Below are positions 8,881 through 18,700 of a DNA stretch of 59,637 bases, piece after piece. The notes beneath the pieces are model-generated. The model saw only the letters and a program-made list of their open reading frames with translations, ran no database searches and was not told where the DNA came from. The stretch is from a virus. Both the position numbers and the translations under genes were made by a program. Each line of letters begins with the position of its first letter. The stretch's first letter is position 1. Location of the stretch: positions 1 to 59,637 of the IMG/VR virus record IMGVR_UViG_3300037851_000119. One strand, given 5' to 3'.

Positions 8881-9314
8881 AGCGCCTGCTTGTGGACGAG
8901 AAGGAGCGAGTCGGGGCCTGGGTCGCCAAAAAGGTCGATCAGAGGGCTCCGTGGGGTGCATTCAATGCGTTCGGCGCGGAGAGGGACGGGAGCATTGTCG
9001 CTGGTGTTGTTGTGAACAACATCAACGGCGCGAACGCGACCCTGCACATCGCCTCAGAAAAAACGGCCGGAAAGGGTCTTGTGGCCGTCCTGATCGCCAC
9101 GGCCGACTACTGTTTCAACCAAGTCGGCCTCAAAAGAATGACGGGCATGGTTCCAATGAGCATGCCTGATGTAATCAAGTTTGATAAGCATCTTGGGTGG
9201 AAAGAAGAATTTGTGATGAAGGACGCCGCGCCGGATGGCGGCGACATGATGGTGCTTGTCATGCGGCCTGATGATTGCCGCTGGCTAATCAGGAGCGAAA
9301 AAAATGTTCGGTAG
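8877..9314 (+). CDS. GNAT-like acetyltransferase-fold protein
   Basis: 145 aa with an ATGA overlap to the previous gene. Pattern GSIVAGVVVNNINGANATLHIAS...GLKRMTGMVP is reminiscent of GNAT. Recognised by eye only. Confidence 0.4.
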   Translation: MKRLLVDEKERVGAWVAKKVDQRAPWGAFNAFGAERDGSIVAGVVVNNINGANATLHIASEKTAGKGLVAVLIATADYCFNQVGLKRMTGMVPMSMPDVIKFDKHLGWKEEFVMKDAAPDGGDMMVLVMRPDDCRWLIRSEKNVR

Positions 9315-10362
9315 CGCAAAATTCAGGGCGTGGCTACGTCACCCTGGCTTCAACAAGAAGGACTCTGACGCGCCAGACTACGACAAACTGGCGGAGGCCT
9401 CGAAGGAAGCGGCCAAGATCATGGCCGACCTTGGCTATTCGCAACTCGATTTCTCGAAGCAGCAGTACGAGGATGCGAAACCGATCTTCGAGAAGATCGT
9501 CAACCAGCAGATGGGCATCGCCGACCAGACGGCGAAGCAGGGCGCGGACTACTACAACTACCAGAAGTCCTACCGGCCGACAGAGCAGTACATGATGCTG
9601 GAGTCGATGGGCCTGAACGCCGACGAGATCTCCAATGTCATGTCAGGAAACAGGTCTCCGGATGTCTTTGCGACAGCCGCGAAGCGCCGCGAACTTGATC
9701 TTGCCGAATATGACGCCGCCAACAAGGCAGACGCAGCGAAGATCACAATGGATCCAACCGCCCTGTATGAGGCACATAGGGGCGAGATCGACAATCAGGT
9801 TGGCCGCGCAGTAGCAGACACGCAAGGGGCTTATACCCGGTCGCTCAATCAGGCCATCAGGCAGGGCCTCCGGTATGGTGCTGGCGGAAACCAGATCATT
9901 GGGCAAGTCGGTCAGGTCGGGATGGCTCAAGCGTCTCAGCAAGCCTCCGCCGCTAACGTGGCCCGCGAGATGGGCATCCAGGGCGTCAGGACGAGAGCGA
10001 ATGACTCGCTCGGTCTTCGCCAGAACAACCGCGCCGCGATCAACAAGGAAAAGGCAATTGATTGGGCCAAGAAGCTGGATGCAGCAGGCCTCGTCAAGGG
10101 ATTGCCCGGCGCATCCCAGGGCGCCTACGGCCTCGCCATCAATGCCGGAAACTCTGCTGGCCAGAACCAGATGGCGCCTGGGCAGGCATACCTGCAAGGC
10201 GCGCAGGGCGCGGCACAGACGATCGGCTCTGGCCAACAGATGATGCTGTCTGGCTATGGCAACGTCCTCAACAACCAGACACAGATGGCGACATCTGGCC
10301 AGGACGCCGGCATGGCTGGCGCTTTGGGATCGGTTGCTGGCGCGGCGATCACGGTATTCTGA
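9304..10362 (+). CDS. Putative internal virion protein (352 aa)
   Basis: AGGAGCGAAAAAA lies upstream of the ATG. The C-terminal half is Q/A/G-rich and ends in a hydrophobic tail. Confidence 0.5.
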   Translation: MFGSAKFRAWLRHPGFNKKDSDAPDYDKLAEASKEAAKIMADLGYSQLDFSKQQYEDAKPIFEKIVNQQMGIADQTAKQGADYYNYQKSYRPTEQYMMLESMGLNADEISNVMSGNRSPDVFATAAKRRELDLAEYDAANKADAAKITMDPTALYEAHRGEIDNQVGRAVADTQGAYTRSLNQAIRQGLRYGAGGNQIIGQVGQVGMAQASQQASAANVAREMGIQGVRTRANDSLGLRQNNRAAINKEKAIDWAKKLDAAGLVKGLPGASQGAYGLAINAGNSAGQNQMAPGQAYLQGAQGAAQTIGSGQQMMLSGYGNVLNNQTQMATSGQDAGMAGALGSVAGAAITVF

Positions 10363-11102
10363 TGAACAAGATCAAGGACGCCATCAGCAGGCACGAACGG
10401 ATTGCCCTGCAATTTTCTGGCGGCAAGGACTCTCTTGCCGTCCTCGACGTGTTGCGTCCATATCTGGACAAAATCACAGTGTACTGGTGCAACCCTGGCG
10501 ACCCTCTTCCAGAGCATGCCGCATTTGTGCGCGGCATTGGCTCGAGATTGCCTAACTTTGTCGAGATCGAGGGGCGCCTGTTCGAGACGGTCAGCAAGTA
10601 TGGGATCCCGTCCGACATCGTTCCGTTCTCTTCCAGCTACGCCGCCAGGGCGATCGGCGTCATTGAGACGCACCCGATCAATGGCCGCTATGACTGCTGC
10701 TTTGATTCCCTGATGGCCCCGCTGCATGAGCGCATGCTTGAGGACGGGACGACCCTGATCATTCGCGGCCAGAAGAGCTCCGACCGCTACAAGGGCCACC
10801 TCCGCAGCGGAGACACGGACACTTCTGGAATCGAGTACCTGTACCCGATCGAGACATGGAACGATCAGGATGTACTGGATTACCTATGGCAGCACGGTAT
10901 CGAGCTGCCTGACTACTACAAGGCTGGCATAGGGAACTCCATTGACTGCGCCGTTTGCACGGCATGGCTTTCTGAGGGGAAGGGCGCATACCTCAAGGAG
11001 CGCCACCCGGATCTGTATCAAACCTATCAGAGCAATCTGTTGACCATCGCCCACGCCTGCAAGGGTGTTGGTGACAACCTGATCAAAGAACTGGAGGCCT
11101 GA
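10362..11102 (+). CDS. PAPS reductase / PP-loop ATP pyrophosphatase family protein
   Basis: ATG 10362 overlaps the upstream stop (TGATG). PP-loop motif ALQFSGGKDSLAVLD is present. The track ORF's extension to 10062 lies out of frame inside the previous gene. Confidence 0.75.
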   Translation: MNKIKDAISRHERIALQFSGGKDSLAVLDVLRPYLDKITVYWCNPGDPLPEHAAFVRGIGSRLPNFVEIEGRLFETVSKYGIPSDIVPFSSSYAARAIGVIETHPINGRYDCCFDSLMAPLHERMLEDGTTLIIRGQKSSDRYKGHLRSGDTDTSGIEYLYPIETWNDQDVLDYLWQHGIELPDYYKAGIGNSIDCAVCTAWLSEGKGAYLKERHPDLYQTYQSNLLTIAHACKGVGDNLIKELEA

Positions 11103-11103
11103 A

Positions 11104-12660
11104 ATGGGCAGAGGATTTAATTGGGGAGCCTTCCTTGCTGGTACTGCGGCAGGCATGAACATGGGCACAAAGTACCGCGAACTGAAAAAGCAGGACGCTC
11201 TTGAGGCCGACCTTGGACAGATCGGAGAGAACCAGCAGACAACGCAAGGGGCTGGGCTCAAGATCACGGATAAAGATGGCAACACCAGCACGGCGGTCGT
11301 TGATCCGAGCGCGGGCGGAAACATTGACGAGGCCGTTAAGCAGTACGAGGACGCCGGCTACAAGGTAGAACGGGTCGAGACGCCTCGCTTTGTGAACCGA
11401 CAGGGAAGTGTCGATACCGGAACATTCGACACCAAGGATCAGGCAGATGCGGCCAGGGTAGCAGGAAACTACGATCGCATGGGCAAGATCGCAGATGTGT
11501 ACGACAAGCATGGCAAGTCAGACAAGGCCATGGACATCCGCAAGGCAGTCCGTGATGGCATCAATCAGGAATTGCAGACAAAGCTATCGCTTTCGAGGGA
11601 GAAACGCGATCAGGAGACGCACGACGCCTCCATGGAAGACCGCAATGCAAAGAAGGACGCCGCAAAGCGCACAAGGCTTGTAGGCGAGGCAACCAGCAAG
11701 GCCTACGAGGAGCAGGCCGCGGCCAGGGAAGGCCTTGGCGACCAGCAGCGTTTCACCGGAGACATGGCCCGCCTCGTCCAGGGAGCCGGCCTGGAGCAGC
11801 GCATCAAGGAGGCTGCCGGCCCGAAGGCGACAAAGGACGAGATCCAGGCAGCCATCGAGCAGTACCGCAAGGCCTTGGGTGACGCCGAGTACCAGAAGCG
11901 CAACGCCCAGCAAGAAACCCTGTACGGCCGCATGGCGGAGATCTACGGCATGATCGGCCAGGATCCGGCCAAGGCCGAGGAGTTCAAGAAGATGGCCGAT
12001 GCCGAGGGCCTGATGAAGACGATCGCCATGGTCAAGGAAGGCAACCTCGATGAGGCCAACAAGATCTTCAATGGCTCCGGCGAGGTGCGCGGCTACATCG
12101 TCAGCACCGGCAAGCGGAAATCGACCGGCGACGATCTGGTGGCCCAGGTGGTCAACCCGTACACGGGCGCGATCCAGCACATCAATGTCTCCGAGACCGA
12201 GCGGAACATGATGGGCATGATGGACAAGGCCAAGCTGGAGGAAACCAAGTCCAAGACCGAGGAGAACCGTGCCCAAGCCGGTGCGGCCAGCGCATCCGCA
12301 GAAGCATCCAGGGCCTCCGCCGAGAAGTACCGGGCCGAGGCCGAGGCCGAGAAAACTGGTGGCGGCAAAGCCGGAGAGAGGGCTGCAAACCTACGCAAGG
12401 AATACCAGGGCTACGCGAAGAACGCCCTTGGCATCACCGACACGATGATGACAAAGATCGACGCCAAGGAGGCCGCGCGGCGGGAGAAGATCTACAACCG
12501 CTACATGGCCGAACTTGAATCCGTGATCAATTCTGGCGGCATGCCGAACCACAACGCCATCATGGAGAAGGCGAAGCGCCAGGGCGAGATGGACAAGGTA
12601 ACTGCGCCGAAGGGCGAGAAGAAGGCTCCGAGCGGAAAGGACTACAAAGGCCTCTGGTAG
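11104..12660 (+). CDS. Putative internal virion protein, charged and coiled-coil-like (518 aa)
   Basis: Long K/E/A-rich ORF immediately upstream of the giant gene. Confidence 0.5.
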   Translation: MGRGFNWGAFLAGTAAGMNMGTKYRELKKQDALEADLGQIGENQQTTQGAGLKITDKDGNTSTAVVDPSAGGNIDEAVKQYEDAGYKVERVETPRFVNRQGSVDTGTFDTKDQADAARVAGNYDRMGKIADVYDKHGKSDKAMDIRKAVRDGINQELQTKLSLSREKRDQETHDASMEDRNAKKDAAKRTRLVGEATSKAYEEQAAAREGLGDQQRFTGDMARLVQGAGLEQRIKEAAGPKATKDEIQAAIEQYRKALGDAEYQKRNAQQETLYGRMAEIYGMIGQDPAKAEEFKKMADAEGLMKTIAMVKEGNLDEANKIFNGSGEVRGYIVSTGKRKSTGDDLVAQVVNPYTGAIQHINVSETERNMMGMMDKAKLEETKSKTEENRAQAGAASASAEASRASAEKYRAEAEAEKTGGGKAGERAANLRKEYQGYAKNALGITDTMMTKIDAKEAARREKIYNRYMAELESVINSGGMPNHNAIMEKAKRQGEMDKVTAPKGEKKAPSGKDYKGLW

Positions 12661-12666
12661 TAGAAG

Positions 12667-12682
12667 CGTATGCTGGCCTAGC
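12667..12682 (+). promoter_or_regulatory. Conserved motif CGTATGCTGGCCTAGC (copy upstream of the giant gene)
   Basis: The same 16-mer occurs at 58892-58907. Shorter versions occur at 2534-2547, 46875-46887, 54060-54069 and 8822-8831. Confidence 0.5.
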
Positions 12683-12691
12683 GGCAAGAAT

Positions 12692-12716
12692 GGCGGGCAC
12701 AAACCCCGCCATTTTT
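12692..12716 (+). terminator. Rho-independent terminator-like hairpin
   Basis: GGCGGG-cacaaac-CCCGCC followed by ATTTTT, ending 14 nt before ATG 12730. Confidence 0.65.
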
Positions 12717-12729
12717 CTTGCGAGTTGCC

Positions 12730-15700
12730 ATGCCTAAGAAATGGGAAGAAGTACGCCGCTCTGATGCCTTCAAGCGCCTCTCCTCAGAAGAACAAGAAGA
12801 AGCCCGCAACCAATATTTCCGTGATGTCGTTGCCCCGCAGGTAGCGACAGAAGACCTCGAAGCAGTACGCAACAAGTTTGACGAGGACACGGCCCCCAGC
12901 CTGTCCCGCGCCGTCAAGGACTATGCCGGCGATGCCTGGGACGCCATCAACAAGCGCATCCGCCAGGAGCAACCGGAGCGCGATCGTGCCCGCCTGGGCA
13001 TCCTCGAAGACGAGGCCAGGGCCCCTGACAACTCTATTTCTGACCTGACCAACCTCCGCACGGACATCAACAACGTGCGGGCCCGTCTCGGCATGAAACC
13101 CGCGGAGCAGGAGCAGCGTGGCGCCAGCGGATCCTGGGGTGATCCGGTTCCTTCCGCGCCCGCCCCTCTTGCCGGCGTGACGAAGGCCCCAAGCGTGGCA
13201 ATGAACGACCCGCTCAAGACCGAGGGCCTGGAGGTGCTTGGCTCTATCGTTGGCCAGGGCGTCACCCGCCCGCCCGTCCCGACCAATACGCTCGATCGCC
13301 TGAACAACACCACGGAGCAGCAGAAGCGGATCAAGGCTGCCGGCGATGCTGCGGCCCGCAAGATGGTTCCTGGCATGGTTTCGCCCGGAAAGGAGCGTGA
13401 CTACCTCAAGCTGAACAAGGACTCGAAGGGCCTTTCCGCGATCAAGCAGGCGGAGGATGCGGAGCGCAAGCGCATCGCCAAGGAGATCGAGTCCTACGGC
13501 CAGAACTTCGATGAGAACGTGGCCAAGGGACAGTACAAGCCCATGGACGACCGGACTACCGGCGAGACGACCATGGACATGATGAAGGCTACCGCCGAGG
13601 GATTTGCCGCCACCGGCAAGATGATCGGCGATGTCTATGGCCTATCGACCGGCGACATGGACAACTGGCTTTCCAAGGCCGGGGATGAGGCCGTCGATTA
13701 CTGGCGCAAGTCCATGTCTGACTACCAGCAGGCCATGGACGCCTCGAATCAGGCCCAGCTTGCCCAGGTCGAGAAGGATCAAGGCATGTGGGCCGGGTTC
13801 AAGCAGGGCGTCCAGCAGGCCATTGATGACCCGTTGATCGCGGTCGCCCGCCAACTGCCGAACTTCATTGTTGGCGGCGTTGCCGGTGGCGCGGTAAAGG
13901 CAGCGGCGGCGAAGGCATTGCAGACGGCCACCGCGGCCACCCTTGCTGAGATCGGCGCAGGCGGTAACGTCCTGGCCATGGCGGCCATGCAGGGCGCGGA
14001 TGTCGGATCTGACGCCTACCAGAAGATCATTGGCCAGCCACAAGACCAATGGGACATGAATTGGGACTATCAGGAACTCGTCCAAAGTGGCGAGAAGCCG
14101 GAGGTTGCAAAGCAGATCGTTGCCCTGGCGCATGCCCGGGTGGCCGCTGCAAAGGCCGGAGCGGTATCAGTGGCCTCGAACTACATGATCCCTGGCGGCA
14201 TGACGATCGAGAAGATCCTGGCCGGGGCCATGGGCAAGGGAGGGTTCACGGGCGTTATCGGCGGGCTCGTCAAGGGCTATGTCGGCGAGGCTGGACAGGA
14301 GGCGGTAGAGGAAGGTGCTGGCCGCAAGTTAGTCAACGAGGCAGTCCAGAATATTGACGAGAACCAGGGCGCCTATGAGGGTGTCGGTGGCGCGGCCGGC
14401 GTTGGCGCTGGCACGGCCGGCATCATTGGTGGCGCAGCCGGAACCGCTGGCGGAGTCCGTGACTGGATCGCAAAGCGTGGCGTCACCGTGGAGGAACAGG
14501 GCCAGCCTGTACCACCACAGGATACAGCCTTCGATGCCGGCGCCCTGTTTGGCGCGGATCCTGCCGAGGCCGCGGACAAGGCGGATCAGGCCGCCCAGGC
14601 GATCGCTGCCGCTGCACAGGCTGGAGAGGTGGCCCCTGATGCCGACGCACAGGCGATCCAGGCAATCGAGGCGGCAAAGGCCGACCCGAAGCCGGACAAG
14701 ATCGAGGTCGCCGCCCAGGCTATCGCCGCTGCCTCAGAGCAGCAGCCCGCCCCTGCCGGCCCGGAGGTTTCTCTGCCTCCTGCCGCGCAAGGGATCACCA
14801 CCCAGCAACCCGCCGCCGCGCCCCAGGTTCAGGCCCCGCCTCCTCCTCCTGCCGGCCCGATGGTTCGCGCCGCAGAGATCGCCGCGCAACAGGGCGTTAC
14901 CGGGGCCGCCCCGGGCATTGATCAGGCCGTCGATGGCAGCCTGCTACTCGGAGAGGAGGAACAAGAAGATGTCGGCACAGACAATACGCCTGCCGGAGTG
15001 GTTGAGCCTGCCGTACCGGGCGGGACTGATAACGTCCCAGGAGGCGCTGGGCCTGCTGATGTGGGAGCAGGAGGCGTACTTCTCGGAGGCGGAGATACTG
15101 GAGCCGCCGCCGCACCTGTCGCAGGCGATGGACAAGTGCTGCCTGTTCCGGATGCCGGTCAGCCCGACGAGGCACTAGACCAGAAATCTCCTGTCGCCAC
15201 AGAGCAGGACGAGGAGAACATCAAAGAGGCAATCGACCTGCTTCTAAGCGTAGATCTGCCGATCATGAAAGATCGCGCCGCAGAACTCAAAAAGAACCTC
15301 GACCAATGGAAAGCTGGGAAGCGTTCCAAGTGGGCCAGCGAGTTCGATACGGCCGGGGTTCTCGCTGACATCAAGGAATACGTTTCCACATTCAAGAAAG
15401 CGCCGCCAGGGCCGGCATGGGATCCGCAGGCACAGGAGCATGAGGTTCAGCCGCCCATGCCCGGCCAAGTCGTCACCTGGGACACCGAGGACGGCCCGGC
15501 CAGGGGCCGCGTCTCCGACGACCAGAAGCAGGCCCTTGGTTCCGGCACGGTTGTCGAGATCATCGACCACCCCGACAAGGAGGGAAACCCGAAGCACAAG
15601 CGCGTCATCGTCCCGACCGAGAGCCTGACGCCTGACGAAGAGGCCGCCAAGGCCAGGGATGATCTTGATGCCGCGCTTGGGGAACTAGGCGGCATCCTTG

Positions 15701-18700
15701 GCACGGAGGCGGATCGAGTCGAGACGCCGAAGGCTGAGACGGAAGCGCCGAAGGCAGAGACGGAGGCCCCGAAGGAGGAGATGCCGCGCATCGCCACCGA
15801 CGACCGCGCCCCTGACTACACCCCTGAGACGCATGCACAGGTCATCGAGAAGCACCCGGAGAGTGGCGCGATCGGCCCGCAGGAAGGGTTCGAGCCCGAC
15901 AATGCCGACCGCATGGAAGGCGCCAGCGTTGACGAGATCAACGACCGCATCCAAGAGGTCGAGCAGGAACTTGAGGAGGACGCCCGCGCCTACGACGAGA
16001 TCAGGGAACAGGGCACGAAGGCCCTGACTGAGTATGAGCTAGGCATGCGCGAACCCGATGAGGCCGTCGATTTTGCCCTGACGCACCGCGAGAACTACAT
16101 CACCCAGGCCAAGTCGATGCTCGACTACCTGCGCGGCCTCAAGGCCCAGATGGAGGGCAACGACACCCCGGCCACCCGCATGGACTCATGGCAGTACGTT
16201 CCTGCCGATCCGGCCGTCATCGAGAAGGTGGCCGAGAAGCTGGATCTGGAGATTCCGAAGGCCGAGCAGGCCGGCCGCCCGGTCACGATCACGCACGGCA
16301 ATACCTCGATCATCTTCGAGAACAATGGCAAGGGATACGAGCCGACCAGGGCGGTGCTGTTCGACGGCACTCCGCTGATCCGCGGCGAAATGGCGACCCG
16401 CTCCCATGTGATCGACGCGATCAAGGCCTATGCCGACATCAACGTGGCGATCGCCGACGACTGGCTCAAGCATCTACAGCGATACGAGGGATATGCCAAG
16501 AAGGCAGGGGCACTCAAGAAGTTCAACGAAGGCGTTGCCTACCTGACTGACATCAGCAAGGGCAAGGAAATCCCGAATCTGAATCGCATCAACCAGATTG
16601 CGAACTCCATGCGCGGCCTGCCCGGCATGTCCGATGCCGTGGATGCCATGAAGGCGGCGGCCGGCGTATTCGGCAACGCAAAGGCGAAGGCCAAGGCAGA
16701 GCCGCAGCCTACCGCACAGATTTACGAGGACGCCTCGCGGAACCGCGTGATCCGACTGATAAAGGAATCTGGCGGCATCACCATGGACGAGGCCAGCGAC
16801 ATCATTGGCGAAACCGGCCGCCGTGCCGCCCAGCGCATGCCGGGCCTGTTCCGCAACAACGGCAACGGGATCGACCGCATTGCCGAGATGTTCCATGAGT
16901 ACGGCTACCTGACCGATGCCGAGTTCAACGATGTGGACGGCGGTGTGCAGCGGGTACGCGAGATCCTGCGCTCCGCCCTGGACAAGACCGGCTTCGTCGG
17001 CACGATGGCGGAGCAGGAGCGCCATGCTCAACTGCAAGCCATGGAGCAGGAGATCGGCGACAAGCACGGCGAGGCGATCGCTGACGAGGCGATGGTTCTT
17101 ACTGACGCCATCGAGGAAGAGTACGACAATATCCCCTTCACGCCAGCCGAGATCGAGGCGGCCGGGGGCAACGCCAACCCGTTCGGAGACGACAATGGAC
17201 AAACAGGAAATCGCCCAGCGGTTCAAGAAGCTGCCCAAGGACGTGCAAACCAAGGTGTTGCAAATGGCACGGATCAAGCGCAGCCTCAAGAAGGGTTCGG
17301 GCTCGAAGGCTACGACAAGCAAGACATAGCCGAGAAGGACGCCCGCGCCAACGATCAGGCCGCCGCCGACCGGGCGATGGCCGACCGTGAGCGTGACGCC
17401 TTCAACCTGACCGGCCAGACGGCCCAGCGCGAGACGCCGCCAACCGCCGAGATGTTCACCCCTGACGGCAGGGCTACCGATGCCGCCGCCAAGGCAAGGG
17501 CTCTCGAAGACCTGAACGATGCCCTGGCTGACCTGGGCGACATCTTCGGCAAGAACACCCGCCTGTACATGATCACCCCGGAGCAGGAGCAGAAACTTCT
17601 GCCGGTGCTTACTCGCGTCATGGATGCCGCCTTCCGGGCCGGTTACTACACCTTCAAGGAGGCGGCCAAGTTCGTCCTCGACCAGATCCGCGCCAAGCTG
17701 GGAAACAATGTTGCCGACATGATCAGCCTGGATCACCTCCAGGGCGCCTATATCGGTATGGCCGGCAAGTACGGCGACAAAGCCTCGAGCAAGAAAGATG
17801 TCGTTTCCGTCGAGAACATTGCCGATCTAGACAAGGCCGACCAGCCAGCCGCCGTCCCGTCCAAGGCTACGGAGACTGTCCCGCCCCAGGTTACGGAGAT
17901 CCCAGCCCGCGTGAAGGGCGCACCTTTATATATGGAGCCACTTGGGGAGAAGGCCGTCTTGATCCTGGGCGACACCATGGCCAACAAGGATCGCATCAAG
18001 GCAGCCGGCGCGATCTGGAACCGGGCTCACAAGGGCTGGATGTTCCCGAAGGCAAACCTCGCCAAGATGCTCGACAAGCTGGGCGACCTGTTCAAGCCAG
18101 ACGAGAAGACCCTGGCCGTCGAGAAGGCCATGGAGGTCATGCGCCATTTCATGCCCAACAGCCAATACCGCACGATCGAGTGGGGCATGAAGGGCGAGGA
18201 GGGAGAGTTCTTCAAGGACAAGATGATCGAGATGGCCAAGGTCATCGAGGACATGCCGAAGACCTACCAGCAGGACGGCAAGGGCGAAGGCGCCGTGGCC
18301 CATCTGCATTACTTCCGTGGTAGCACAGACTTCTGGATCACCGAGAAGGACAAGGACGGCCCTGGCACGGAGCAAGCCTATGGCCTCGCCTCGCTCTACA
18401 ACGACCCGAACGATGGCGACATGGGCTACATCTCGATTGACGAGATCACGGCCTCCAACGTCGAACTCGACCTGTACTGGACGCCGAAGACCATTGCCGA
18501 GATCAAGGGCAAGGCCGCGCCGGCCAAGACTGAGACGAAACCGGAGCCGACTCCCGCTCCAGCGCAGGAAGACACCGACACCGTGAAGGTGGCCAAGGAG
18601 TTCGCAAAGCGGTTCCAGGCTGGCGAACGCTTCGACTCCATCGTGGACGCCCGCAAGGTGGCCGGCGAGATCCTGGGCAAGGCCGTAACCCCAGGCACGG

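Noticed and set aside
10062-10361. A 100-codon N-terminal extension of the PAPS-reductase ORF, as listed in the track.
   Set aside because: It lies out of frame inside the 9304-10362 gene and translates to Arg/Gly/Pro junk. A coupled ATG at 10362 gives a complete PP-loop protein.
12671-12690. Sigma-54 promoter reading of CTGGCC...GCGGCAAG in the conserved motif.
   Set aside because: The GG-to-GC spacing does not fit TGGCAC-N5-TTGC, and the downstream part is not conserved among the copies.
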